NCBI GenBank assembly: GCA_030622545.1
Contig: JAUXGA010000003.1
Coordinates: forward strand, 86,748 to 150,747
Length of the DNA stretch: 64,000 nucleotides
Reading direction: 5' to 3'
Origin: a bacterium
GTDB taxonomy: Bacteria > Electryoneota > RPQS01 > DYHQ01
Shown here piece after piece: positions 8,964 through 18,717 of the stretch; positions within the stretch are counted from its first letter, which is position 1, and each line of letters starts with the position of its first letter. Position numbers and translations under genes: made by a program. The notes below the pieces were generated by a model. It was not told where the DNA came from and did not search any database. It was given only the letters and a program-made list of their open reading frames with translations.

Positions 8964-11918
8964 TCACGACTCGTTCTTCAAACGTGCTAATCGTTTCTTG
9001 GCATCTTCGATTTTTTCTATTCCCGGATCAGCGTCCTTCCAAATGTCGAGGAACTCTTCGTATTGTCCGATAGCTTTATTCGTCCAGCCTGATTTCTCGT
9101 AAGCTAACCCCAAATGGTACTGAGCTGTCACCGCCTCAATGGCGGTCATTGCCCTGACGCCATCATACCTTGACAGCGCTTTCTCCAGTTCAGTTACGGC
9201 TTCACCCAGCCTTCCTGATTCCAAGTAAACTTCACCGGCGAAGAGCCCCATTAGAAAGGGCAGAGAGCTTGATTCTGCAGATGCCTTTTCTACGAAGGTC
9301 GCCGCCGCTTCGGTGTTTCCTTGAACCATCTCAATATTGCTCATAGCCAGCCAGTACCGATGCTTGTAGATCTGATCCCCTTTTTCAATATCCGCTTTCA
9401 AGGCCCGTGTAACTTCGTTAGCCTCTTCAATCTGGTTATTCTCCGCCAGCATCACTGCATAATAGTCCCGCTGATAAATTAAATCACTGGGATTGGCCCT
9501 GTGTAAAATTTCCGTGCATTTCTTAGCTTGAACAACGGCCGCTTCTGAATTCTTCATCTCCCGATAGATACTGGCTTTCAAGAAATGCTTCCATGCATTC
9601 TGTGTTCCACTATATTGTTCCATTCTGTCTGCGGCAAGCCCGTTGTCTAAAACCTTCAGCGCTTCTTTGAACTTTCCCTTTTGAAGAGGGATATAAGCGA
9701 GGTAGGTTCTTCCCGATGACCGAGTACCTTTTTCGCTGCCGGAGGCAAGCTCTTTGTAACAGCTTTCAGCTTTTGCGTACTCCCGTTTAAAAAGATACAT
9801 ATGTCCCAGTTTGTCCAAGGAACCGAAATCAGGTTTGATTTGCAGCGCCTTTTTGTAAGACTCAATTGCCTCGTCAATTTTACCATTGTAACCATAGAGG
9901 TCACCTCGAGTATCATAAGGATTAGCTTCATCAGGCGCGATTGAGATGTATTTGCTGATGGCCCAGATGGATTTGTCAAAATCACCAATGGCATTGTAGG
10001 CATAAGCAAGGAAATTATATGCCATCTTGTAGAGAGGATCTATCTCAATAGCTTTTGTGAAAGAGCGAATAGCTTTCTGAGGCTCATTGAGTAGATTGTA
10101 ATAAATGACACCCGACCACATATACGCGCGTTTCTCATCAGGATAGCGTTCGATTATCTTCTCAGTTTCCTTGATTGCCTGCATAAAATTTCCAGATACA
10201 GCTAAGTTCAGACTTCGTATAGAACGTTTCTCCTTCCAGCTTGCTTTGTCGGAATATTGCATGGCCTTATCTGCTAATCTTGCCTTTTCCGAACCCGATT
10301 TGAACATAGCCAAATGATAGTATGCAACGGCGAAAGTTGAGTCAAATTCCAGGGCTTTCATGAAACTCTTCTCGGCGTCGTCCCAATAGAACTTTTGGAA
10401 GAGTTCGATTCCTTCCAGATAGTGGCGATAGGCTTCCGGTGAGCTTGTGGTGACATTCTGTATGAGACGATCCGGTTCCTCTTGAGCTTCAGTGGGCAGG
10501 GCTAAGTCTTTCTTGATTTCAGCGGTCAGTTTATCAACCAATGAAAATATATCTTCGCCTTTATCGCCGGTGATTCGCTGCGAAGCAATCGCGTTGCCTG
10601 TGGAGACTTCGACCACTTGTGCCGTGATGGTAATCTGCGGTTCAACCTGCAGAATATTCCCCAGAAGCATCCACTTTGCTCCCGCTTTCGTAGCTATCTG
10701 TGTCGCAACGCTTCGGTCAACTTTTTTCTCGCCTTCCCTTCCTAAGAGCTTGAGAATATCATACAATCTCTGACTGGAAACCACTTGGACATAGTGCGAT
10801 TCCGACAGGTCAGTAATCAGGAGATTCGTAACGATCTCTCCCCATCGTTGCTCATCCTCCGCGTCGGCTACATTATCGAAGTACATGATGGCGAGTCGAT
10901 TCTCTGCCGCAACAGCTTCAGCAGCAGGTCGCACCTCGAATGTCCAGGGTTTGAAAAGGACTAGCAGCAAAGCGATGAGGATTACTATCGAACCGGGGAT
11001 GAGAAACCTCAATGCACTCCTTTTTCGGAGTGTCACAGGTGGATGAGCATAGACGCTCGATTCCGAAGCTTTCTTAAGCCGTTTCAAATCCGTCAATAAA
11101 CTCACTACTGTTTGATAGCGCGTCTCCAAATCCTTATCGAGAGCTTCGTCGATGATTCTCTGCAAATCATCCGGAACATCTGATTTATATCGTGCCAGTG
11201 GTTCGGGTGTGTCATGCACAATAGCATTCATGGTCGCCGCTTCGGTATCTCGCTGAAATGGTGACTGACCGGTAATCATCTCATATAAAACAACACCGAG
11301 TGAAAAGATATCTGATCGCTGGTCAGTTTCTTTGCCCTCCACCTGCTCAGGAGACATATAGCTGACTGTTCCAAGCGTCGAACCGGTTCGAGTGAGTTTC
11401 GCTGTTCCCTTGACCGTCGCCAATCCGAAATCAAGCAATTTTGGCCGACCGTCGGCGTCCATGACGATATTCGACGGCTTGATATCTCGATGAATAATCC
11501 CTGCTTCATGAGCCTTGCTCAAGCCCTCACAAATCTGCACAGCAAGATTAATGATGGTGCTGATAGACAACTCTTGTTTCTCGATGAAATCCCGAAGAGA
11601 TTGGCCTTCCATGAGTTCCATCGCGAAAAACGGACGGCCTTGAAAATCCCCGACTTCATAAATCGTCACGATATTCGGGTGATTCAGTTGCGCCGCCGCT
11701 TGTGCTTCGCGTTTGAAACGGGTGCGGCAGTCTTCATCTTGACATAAGTGAGGCGGGAGAAATTTCAGGGCAACTTTGCGATTGAGCTTCGTATCTTTGG
11801 CAAGATACACTTCTCCCATTCCACCGGCACCGATCTTCTCGATGATTTGGTAATGGGAGATTACCATTCCTTTGGAAAGGACAACATGTGTCTGCGTCTT
11901 GCCGTTTTCAGATTCCAT
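8964..11918 (-). CDS. Hanks-type Ser/Thr protein kinase with TM helix, TolB-N-like domain and C-terminal TPR array (paralog 1)
   Basis: Kinase motifs GAGGMGEVY, VALK, HRDIKPSNI, DFG and SPE. The likely start is the internal MESENGKTQ (the ORF track extends to 11981). After the TM segment comes LAIMYFDNVADAEDEQRWGEI, then many TPR-like repeats. Confidence 0.85.
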   Translation of the reverse strand: MESENGKTQTHVVLSKGMVISHYQIIEKIGAGGMGEVYLAKDTKLNRKVALKFLPPHLCQDEDCRTRFKREAQAAAQLNHPNIVTIYEVGDFQGRPFFAMELMEGQSLRDFIEKQELSISTIINLAVQICEGLSKAHEAGIIHRDIKPSNIVMDADGRPKLLDFGLATVKGTAKLTRTGSTLGTVSYMSPEQVEGKETDQRSDIFSLGVVLYEMITGQSPFQRDTEAATMNAIVHDTPEPLARYKSDVPDDLQRIIDEALDKDLETRYQTVVSLLTDLKRLKKASESSVYAHPPVTLRKRSALRFLIPGSIVILIALLLVLFKPWTFEVRPAAEAVAAENRLAIMYFDNVADAEDEQRWGEIVTNLLITDLSESHYVQVVSSQRLYDILKLLGREGEKKVDRSVATQIATKAGAKWMLLGNILQVEPQITITAQVVEVSTGNAIASQRITGDKGEDIFSLVDKLTAEIKKDLALPTEAQEEPDRLIQNVTTSSPEAYRHYLEGIELFQKFYWDDAEKSFMKALEFDSTFAVAYYHLAMFKSGSEKARLADKAMQYSDKASWKEKRSIRSLNLAVSGNFMQAIKETEKIIERYPDEKRAYMWSGVIYYNLLNEPQKAIRSFTKAIEIDPLYKMAYNFLAYAYNAIGDFDKSIWAISKYISIAPDEANPYDTRGDLYGYNGKIDEAIESYKKALQIKPDFGSLDKLGHMYLFKREYAKAESCYKELASGSEKGTRSSGRTYLAYIPLQKGKFKEALKVLDNGLAADRMEQYSGTQNAWKHFLKASIYREMKNSEAAVVQAKKCTEILHRANPSDLIYQRDYYAVMLAENNQIEEANEVTRALKADIEKGDQIYKHRYWLAMSNIEMVQGNTEAAATFVEKASAESSSLPFLMGLFAGEVYLESGRLGEAVTELEKALSRYDGVRAMTAIEAVTAQYHLGLAYEKSGWTNKAIGQYEEFLDIWKDADPGIEKIEDAKKRLARLKNES

Positions 11919-11923
11919 AAGTT

Positions 11924-14563
11924 TTATCCATATTTCTTTAGGAGCGCTTTGAACCGCGGATGTTCGCGGAGAGGATCCCATCTCGGATCGAGGCGAAGCA
12001 AAGGAACTGAGAGTTCGGAGGGAATCGAAAGAAGGTAGTCTATTTGGTCCAAGGCGGCATCGTACTCACCCACCATCACATAGATTTGCGCCAGGTCAGA
12101 TACGCGTTCTGGACCGATTAAAGCGTCTTTCAAGATTGGCATGAGCTCCATTCCCTGCTTCCCTTCGCGGATCGCCTCCTCCTTGCGTCCAAGGCCGGCG
12201 TAGACAATGCCAAGAGAGCTGTGAAGGCGGTAATCGTCGGGCCGCTCTTTCACTTCCGCTTCCAGCAGAATGCGGGCAGAATCGAAGGAGGCGCGGGCAA
12301 GCTCAGGCTCGCCCATGAGCCGATAAACCAAACCCGTCAATTGGACATTTGGGATGAGTCGATACTGGTCGTCCCAAGATTCGGAGGACATGGAAGCGGT
12401 CCGATCCAATGCCGCTTGGTAGTCTCTCTCATACATTTCTTGCAGAAACCATCTGTAGCCGACCTTACCGGGCATCTCTTCTAAGATGGCCCGGGACCGT
12501 ACGGTATCACCTTTCCACCGGCAGCAATTCTCGGCTTTCATGTAGTAGGAACCCACCTGATCTGGAGCTAAGAAAATGGAGCGATCGTAATAGCGCTCGA
12601 CTTCGGCGTACCTCCTCAGGTAGGTGTAGGTAACGGCGATCTCCGAAGTCAGCTTGGCATCGCGTGGGTTCAATTCGAAAGCGCTTTTCTGGCGGTCTAT
12701 GGCTTCTTTAAACCTCCCCTGCCTCCGCCAGATATAGGCTACCAAGAGATTCTTAGCGCGTGTTGGTGGGGGATGATGCTTCTCCGCGGCGGCTAAGGCT
12801 TCCAGTGCTCGATCATAATCTCGATAGCCCCAATAGTAGTAGTACCCAAGCGCCAGATGTGCTTCTGGGAGTTCCGGGCTAAGTACGAGTGCCCGATCTA
12901 CTCCTGTCTTGGCCTTGGTCAAGCACTCTTCGGTACGGTCATACCAGAAGTGATACAGGCCTGAGTAGTTCTTTGAGAGTGCGGCGTAAGCCAAAGCGAA
13001 ATTGGGATCGAGTTTTACAGCTCGCTCGAACATTTGAGTCGCCCGTCGGAAATTCTCCTCGGTACGGTCCGGTCGCGCTACATATTCAGATCCGCGAAGA
13101 TAGGCCTGGTAGGCATCGAGGTTCTCAGTCGGCTTGGCCTGTAGGTCTCGCTGCTCCGGTTCGAGCAGCGTAACGTCGAGCGCCTCGGCAATCTTGGTCG
13201 CGATATCCGCCTGCACCGCGAAGATCTGAGTCAACGACCGCTCGTAGCTATCCGCCCAGAGATGGATATCATCCGATACCTTAATGAGCTGCGGCGTGAT
13301 ACGCACCCGATTTGTATCGCCCGATTTGTCCCACCGAATAGTGCCCTCTAAAATGAATTCGACTCCAAGTTCCTTGGCAATCACCGGAAGAGTCTTGTCT
13401 GTTTTCTTGTACTGTATTGAACTGGTGCGAGAGATGACGCCAAGCTCCTGAATGCATGCAAGTCGTCCAATAATCTCATCCGTAATACCGTCAGCGAAGT
13501 ATTCATCCTCTGGAGCGCCGAGATTGACAAATGGCAACACAGCCAGCATCTTTTTCCCTTCGCTCACCCCAGCCTGTTCCTTCGGCCAGAACGAAAACAA
13601 AACAACGACTGCAACAACAGCTGCAACGACACTCCCAACCATAAACGGCCAGCGAAAAGAGCGCTTCGGTGCCGCGATTGTCGCTCGACTCTCTCTCCTG
13701 ACCGCCAGACCTTTTAAATCAGAGATGACACTGGCAGCATTCTGATATCTCAACGAAGGATCTTTCTCAAGCAACTTGGAGATAATTCGCTGCAGTTCAT
13801 CTGGTACATCGGCTTTATACCGAGCCAATGGTTCCGGTGTATCATTCTGTATGGAATTCAGAATTGCTGCTTCTGTCTCCCCTGCAAAGGGACGACGACC
13901 TGCAATGAGTTCATACAAAATTATGCCAAAAGAAAAAAGATCGCTGCGGTGATCAACTTCCTTTCCCTGTACTTGCTCGGGAGACATGTAGCCTACAGTA
14001 CCAAGAGTCGAACCGGTCCGTGTGAGTTTCTCTGTCCCCTTAACCGTCGCCAATCCAAAATCAAGCAATTTTGGCCGACCATCAGCATCCATGACGATAT
14101 TCGATGGCTTGATGTCGCGATGAATAATCCCTGCTTGGTAAGCCTTGTTCAAACCTTCACAGATCTGCAGAGCAAGATTGATTATTGACTCGAAGGTCAG
14201 CGTATTTTGTTTGATAACATCTTGCAGCGACTGTCCCTCCACATATTGCATGACGATGTAAGGTCGTCCCTGATGTTCGCTAACATCATGGATAGCAATG
14301 ATATTCGGATGATCCAAAACAGCGGCAGCCTGCGCTTCGCGTTTGAAACGAGTGCGGCAGTCTTCATCCTGGCATAAATGCGGCGAGAGAAATTTCAGGG
14401 CAACTTTGCGATTGAGCTTGGTGTCCTCCGCAAGATACACCTCACCCATACCACCAGCGCCAATCTTCTCGATGATTTTGTAATGAGAGATTAACATTCC
14501 TGGAGAGAGGATTACGAACGACTGTGTTTTCCCCATTCCATTGTCATTGACGTTTGAAGGCAT
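11924..14563 (-). CDS. Hanks-type Ser/Thr protein kinase with TM helix, TolB-N-like domain and C-terminal TPR array (paralog 2)
   Basis: The kinase domain is about 85-90% identical to paralog 1 at protein and DNA level. The likely start is MPSNVNDNGMGKTQ (the ORF track extends to 14671). LAVLPFVNLGAPEDEYFADGITDEI motif, then TPR repeats. Confidence 0.85.
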   Translation of the reverse strand: MPSNVNDNGMGKTQSFVILSPGMLISHYKIIEKIGAGGMGEVYLAEDTKLNRKVALKFLSPHLCQDEDCRTRFKREAQAAAVLDHPNIIAIHDVSEHQGRPYIVMQYVEGQSLQDVIKQNTLTFESIINLALQICEGLNKAYQAGIIHRDIKPSNIVMDADGRPKLLDFGLATVKGTEKLTRTGSTLGTVGYMSPEQVQGKEVDHRSDLFSFGIILYELIAGRRPFAGETEAAILNSIQNDTPEPLARYKADVPDELQRIISKLLEKDPSLRYQNAASVISDLKGLAVRRESRATIAAPKRSFRWPFMVGSVVAAVVAVVVLFSFWPKEQAGVSEGKKMLAVLPFVNLGAPEDEYFADGITDEIIGRLACIQELGVISRTSSIQYKKTDKTLPVIAKELGVEFILEGTIRWDKSGDTNRVRITPQLIKVSDDIHLWADSYERSLTQIFAVQADIATKIAEALDVTLLEPEQRDLQAKPTENLDAYQAYLRGSEYVARPDRTEENFRRATQMFERAVKLDPNFALAYAALSKNYSGLYHFWYDRTEECLTKAKTGVDRALVLSPELPEAHLALGYYYYWGYRDYDRALEALAAAEKHHPPPTRAKNLLVAYIWRRQGRFKEAIDRQKSAFELNPRDAKLTSEIAVTYTYLRRYAEVERYYDRSIFLAPDQVGSYYMKAENCCRWKGDTVRSRAILEEMPGKVGYRWFLQEMYERDYQAALDRTASMSSESWDDQYRLIPNVQLTGLVYRLMGEPELARASFDSARILLEAEVKERPDDYRLHSSLGIVYAGLGRKEEAIREGKQGMELMPILKDALIGPERVSDLAQIYVMVGEYDAALDQIDYLLSIPSELSVPLLRLDPRWDPLREHPRFKALLKKYG

Positions 14564-14594
14564 TTGAAACTCTCTTGAAGAAGACGTCTTCCTG

Positions 14595-16241
14595 TTATTT
14601 TTCCCTGTGCAAAACCACCATCGTAATATCATCGCTGCGTGGAACATCTCCGATGAATTTGCGTACTTCATTCATCACCAATTCTGTCAATTCTTTCGGA
14701 GATTGGTTGCGACACTGTTGGACAAATTCCTCTAACCTTTCATCACTGAATTGTTCATCCTGACAGTTGATTGCTTCAGGAATGCCATCCGTAAAAATGA
14801 ATAAATAGTCGCCAGTTCCGAACTCGAGAGATTCCTCTTTCCAAATGTCGTGATCCAGCATTCCGATTGGAACACCAGATGACTCAAGATAATCTACAGA
14901 ACCTGCATCTCGCAGAATCAACGGTGGATTGTGTCCCGCATTAACGTAACGAAAAGTATGCGCACTTGGATCGAGTACGCCGATAAAAAGCGTCGCAAAA
15001 TCTCCCGGACGGCTGAAGGTCAGTAATTGTTTTGACATACGGCGCACGGCATCCAATGGATGAAAATCCTTCGCGTTATGCAAAATGCGGAAACCGGCCA
15101 AGATGTTTGAGGCTAAGAGAGCTGCCCCCATTCCTTTACCACAAACATCCGCTACAAGAAATAGGATTCGCCCATCTTCGAATTTTGCAATATCATAGAG
15201 ATCACCACCGACCTGTTTGCACTGAATCTGAAAGGCATGGAAGCTGTAATTAGCAAGATGAGGCAACTCTTTCGGTAATAATTGCTCCTGAATTTGTGAT
15301 GCGGTTTCCAGTTCAGACTCTAAAACCTGTTTGGCTTGTCGCTCTTTGAGGAGATTGCAATTGGCGATTTTGGCGCCAAGAATATTTCCAAAAGTCGCCA
15401 TTACTCTTAGATGGTCTTCATTATAATGATGCATGGGATTGGTCGTATCCGCATACAGAATCCCCGTGATTTTATCTTCATCAAACAGCGGCACGGCCAT
15501 CGCAGATTTGATGCGTGATTCGATGATTGATTTTTGCGCTGCAAATTTACGATCCCTTTGAATATCAGACAGCAAAAGTGCATTCTTCTGATTGAGAAGT
15601 TCATGGACGACTGTTCGAGAGATGTTAAATGAATCTGAATGTCTTCTATCAGAAGTATAAGAAGCGGCAACAGCGATTTCTTCCTTTTGTTCCTCGGCAG
15701 AGAAGATGGCGATGCGTTCAACCGGAATAAGATCTTTGAATAATTCCAACGCTTGACCATACATTTCTTCCGCAGGGCCAGACAAAATAAGCATCTTTCC
15801 CAGTTCGGAGAAGGCTTTAAACAACTTCGGGTTCTCAAGTATTTTGGATGGAAGAGGTTGAAGCGCTTCCTTTATCGGCAATCGAGTGACATTCACCAGA
15901 CCATCTACAGAATCAGTAATATGAACCGAACTATGCAGAATGTCAGAAAATTCATCACGAGAAATTTTTGCTTCTATTCCGCCGAAAGTGATAATGTCAT
16001 CAAGTTGAATTTGTACAGTGCCATCGATTCTGTGTCCATCGACAGCAGTCCCATTGTGACTTCCGAGATCTGTCAGATTGATTGTTTGTTCATCAATAAC
16101 GTCGAGCTGGGCATGTTTCCGAGACACCGTTTCATCTTCTATTATCAATTCGCACTGCGGGCTCCGTCCAATTGTGTACTTACCGCGTTGCAAAGGCCAC
16201 TTCTTGTGTTTGCCAGCCGATAGAATGAAGAAGTTAATCAT
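14595..16241 (-). CDS. FHA-GAF-PP2C (SpoIIE/RsbU-like) Ser/Thr phosphatase
   Basis: N-terminal FHA domain (GRSPQCELIIEDETVSRKHAQL…NGTAVDGHRI), a central GAF-like region, and PP2C motifs (LVADVCGKGMGAALLAS, FTDGIPEA, DDITMVVL). Confidence 0.85.
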   Translation of the reverse strand: MINFFILSAGKHKKWPLQRGKYTIGRSPQCELIIEDETVSRKHAQLDVIDEQTINLTDLGSHNGTAVDGHRIDGTVQIQLDDIITFGGIEAKISRDEFSDILHSSVHITDSVDGLVNVTRLPIKEALQPLPSKILENPKLFKAFSELGKMLILSGPAEEMYGQALELFKDLIPVERIAIFSAEEQKEEIAVAASYTSDRRHSDSFNISRTVVHELLNQKNALLLSDIQRDRKFAAQKSIIESRIKSAMAVPLFDEDKITGILYADTTNPMHHYNEDHLRVMATFGNILGAKIANCNLLKERQAKQVLESELETASQIQEQLLPKELPHLANYSFHAFQIQCKQVGGDLYDIAKFEDGRILFLVADVCGKGMGAALLASNILAGFRILHNAKDFHPLDAVRRMSKQLLTFSRPGDFATLFIGVLDPSAHTFRYVNAGHNPPLILRDAGSVDYLESSGVPIGMLDHDIWKEESLEFGTGDYLFIFTDGIPEAINCQDEQFSDERLEEFVQQCRNQSPKELTELVMNEVRKFIGDVPRSDDITMVVLHREK

Positions 16242-16395
16242 ATCACCGTTTCTTTTTCTTTAGAACATAAGGACTTTCATAGGTGGATCATTATAATTTA
16301 CAGCAATTGACTCCGAAAAGCAATAGAGAAAGCGTTCAAAGAGTTCTGAAATCAAGGTATAAGCTGAAAGTATAAACAATCCATATCCTGCGAAG

Positions 16396-16429
16396 CAAAT
16401 AAAAAGGGATTAGAAAAAACCTAATCCCT
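16396..16429 (-). terminator. Rho-independent terminator of tRNA-Gly
   Basis: AGGGATTAG / CTAATCCCT stem followed by a U-run on the minus strand. Confidence 0.6.
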
Positions 16430-16446
16430 TGAATATTAACAACTTG

Positions 16447-16518
16447 AGCGGCTGACGGGACTCGAACCCGCAACACCCAGCTTGGGAAGCTGATACGCTA
16501 CCATTGCGTCACAGCCGC
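16447..16518 (-). tRNA. tRNA-Gly (anticodon CCC)
   Basis: RC reads GCGGCTG TG ACGC AATGGTA GCGT A TCAGC TTCCCAA GCTGG GTGTT GCGGG TTCGAGT CCCGT CAGCCGC T. This gives a 7-bp acceptor stem, a CCC anticodon in the loop and a GGGTTCGAGTCCC T-arm. CCA is not encoded. Confidence 0.85.
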
Positions 16519-16596
16519 AGAGTTTTTTGAAGAAGCCTTTAGCACCTGTTAATTAATGGTTTAAAAAGGGGTTTTCGGCCGGCCCGGCTTAATGGA

Positions 16597-17742
16597 TTAA
16601 TTCTTCGTAGACAAAATGGTAGACAATTCTGATGTGGAAGCTTTTCTAAGTGCCTGTTTCAAATCGGACATATCAAGTAATCCTGCATAGTTGTGGATGG
16701 TCGTCTGTATGCTGCTATGTCCCAAAATCTGTTTGACTGCGATTAAGGGAACACCGCTAAGAAGCATGTTCACGGCGAACGTATCGCGAAGGTTGTGCAT
16801 TTTCAGTGATCGTAATCCTGCTGCATCCCTGGCGCGATTGAATTTGATTGAAACATCATGTCGTATTCCCGGAAACAGTTTTCCTTTGCGTGGTTCTGGG
16901 AAAGCATTCAGAAGTTCTTTCTTCAGTACAGGTAAGATGGGAATTCGTCGTCCCCGTTTGGATTTAGTGATTCCCGCCGCTAAGATGATTTGCTCTGCAT
17001 CCAAGTCTACAATTCCGACGTTGGAAGAAATCACTTTCCTTGTGGTGTCGAACCATTCAAGTGATCGGGCTTCATTGCGCCGCATTCCTGTCAGTGATAA
17101 GACGACTAAGAAGGTTCGAATGGATACGCCGTTCTGGGTAATAGATTCGGCAGCTTCCAGCAATCGTCTGACTTCATCTGGTTTGTAGTAATCCCTGTTT
17201 ACCTGCGCGGGCACCCTGACTTCGTGAATGTGTGGGGGGTTCCATTCTTCCAGATCATTTTCCCTGACGCACCAATTCAGAAAGGCACGAAGATTACGAA
17301 GATGAATGTTCAGCGTATGTTTTGATAGTGGTCTAAGTCGTTTCTTCAAGCGGTTTCTGGCACCGCGTTTTATCAGTGCCGCCTGGAATTGGGATACGTG
17401 CTTCTTGGTTATCGCTTTCAACTGTAGATTTCCAACTACTTCCATAAAGATTTTCAGGGTGTGCTGGTGCAATTCACCGGTACGTTCACCCCATTGATGC
17501 TGCCGTTCTTCAAGGTATTCTTCCACCAGGCTGTGGATAGTTGGGCTGTCCTGCCCTTTGGCATTGGCAAAGGGATCGCGTCCGCGGTCAAGTTCGTGCT
17601 GAAGGTACTGGGCAATCTTAGTCGCTTCTTTCTTCTGGCTGGTTTGGGTGTTATGGGATTTTCGTCGGCCGTCTGGATATTTAATTTTCGCATACCATAC
17701 AGTCTTTCCATCAGCCAACGTCCTACGGTATAGTGATGTCAT
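16597..17742 (-). CDS. Tyrosine-type site-specific recombinase / phage integrase (integrase 1)
   Basis: C-terminal HxxR…Y catalytic motifs (HNLRDTFAVNML, HNYAGL). Start chosen at the internal MTSLYRR, preceded by the RBS AGGAGGG; the ORF track extends to 17790. Confidence 0.9.
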   Translation of the reverse strand: MTSLYRRTLADGKTVWYAKIKYPDGRRKSHNTQTSQKKEATKIAQYLQHELDRGRDPFANAKGQDSPTIHSLVEEYLEERQHQWGERTGELHQHTLKIFMEVVGNLQLKAITKKHVSQFQAALIKRGARNRLKKRLRPLSKHTLNIHLRNLRAFLNWCVRENDLEEWNPPHIHEVRVPAQVNRDYYKPDEVRRLLEAAESITQNGVSIRTFLVVLSLTGMRRNEARSLEWFDTTRKVISSNVGIVDLDAEQIILAAGITKSKRGRRIPILPVLKKELLNAFPEPRKGKLFPGIRHDVSIKFNRARDAAGLRSLKMHNLRDTFAVNMLLSGVPLIAVKQILGHSSIQTTIHNYAGLLDMSDLKQALRKASTSELSTILSTKN

Positions 17743-17760
17743 GGTTATCCCTCCTAAGAT

Positions 17761-17796
17761 AGAAAAACCCCGAAGTGACTGAATTGTCACCTCGGG
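17761..17796 (-). terminator. Strong rho-independent terminator between the nuclease gene and integrase 1
   Basis: 12-bp stem CCCCGAGGUGAC / GUCACUUCGGGG followed by UUUUU on the minus strand. Confidence 0.7.
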
Positions 17797-17828
17797 GCTC
17801 TTGGGTTAATGGATATGTTTCTACGTTC

Positions 17829-18635
17829 TCACGCCAGCGGATCAGCTATGCAGCTTACCTTGAATGGACAATCCACGCACTGCCATCCTGGGTTCGGGTA
17901 GAAGTGCTCCTCTCTCATGGCCTCACTTATCATCATCAGCATCCTCACAAATCGCTGTGCATCCTGATAAGTGCGATGGGTCTGGTACTTCAGGTGCAGG
18001 GGTGTTTTGTTCTTTAAAAGTACATCGAATCGAAGGTGGATGACCTCATTCTTCTCAATTGAATAGGCTTCCCGCGCCCAAAGGCTATAGGCTGTCAGCT
18101 GTAAGTTTCGTTGCACAGAATCATCAGTGTAGCGCGCACTGGCTGTCTTGTAATCCACGAACACAATATTCCCGTCATCAGTCTGCTCGATCAGGTCAAT
18201 TCTTCCGACCAAAGGCACGTCCAAAGTTTCGCCGGTTTCTCCATCCACGACATTCAGGGTGAAATCCTCTTCTACGCCCAGAACATCGCCGGGTTTGACG
18301 TTCTTCATGAAGCAATCTAACATCGCATGTCCCTGTTGTTGTATTTCTACCGGATCCTTGCCCGTCTTGAACTTCATCTCGACCTCAGCACAATCCTGAT
18401 ACAATCTCGTATCGAAGACGTCCTGAAGGTCTGTGATGGATGTTCTCTTTCTCTCTAAGTGATCGGTGTAATATTTCTCGATGGCTGCGTGAATAGCAGA
18501 TCCAAGCGTAAGGGCTGCTGGTTTGAATTGCCATTCCTCTCTGTCGATGTACTGGAAGCGATATCTCAGGGGGCAGATCAGGTACGTGTTGACTTGGCTG
18601 AAGCTGATATGGTCTGGGATGTTTGCGTAATTCAT
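17829..18635 (-). CDS. PD-(D/E)XK nuclease, Cas4/RecB-like exonuclease with a 4Fe-4S cysteine cluster
   Basis: N-terminal Cys (YLICPLRY), C-terminal C-x2-C-x5-C (CVDCPFKVSC), and a DYK-type nuclease core (FVDYKTA). Start at MNYANIPD with the RBS AAGGAGG; the ORF track extends to 18701. Confidence 0.75.
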   Translation of the reverse strand: MNYANIPDHISFSQVNTYLICPLRYRFQYIDREEWQFKPAALTLGSAIHAAIEKYYTDHLERKRTSITDLQDVFDTRLYQDCAEVEMKFKTGKDPVEIQQQGHAMLDCFMKNVKPGDVLGVEEDFTLNVVDGETGETLDVPLVGRIDLIEQTDDGNIVFVDYKTASARYTDDSVQRNLQLTAYSLWAREAYSIEKNEVIHLRFDVLLKNKTPLHLKYQTHRTYQDAQRFVRMLMMISEAMREEHFYPNPGWQCVDCPFKVSCIADPLA

Positions 18636-18717
18636 GGTGTTCCTCCTTTGGGTAAAAGGGAAGCGGCGCGGCCGATATGTTATTCGACTACGCCGCCTCA
18701 TTGCTCTGTTTAATTGA

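Noticed and set aside
9656-10009. Numerous small ORFs nested inside or antisense to large genes (for example 9656-10009, 12221-12484, 15407-15838, 21733-21954, 31775-32296, 36889-37416, 45853-46086, 54179-54553, 57484-57768)
   Set aside because: These are shadow ORFs inside well-supported long CDSs. No independent evidence supports them.
16597-17790. Longer integrase ORF starting at 17790 (GTG) as given in the ORF track
   Set aside because: The internal ATG at 17742 is preceded by a strong AGGAGGG Shine-Dalgarno. The upstream extension overlaps a 12-bp-stem terminator hairpin and has no RBS.
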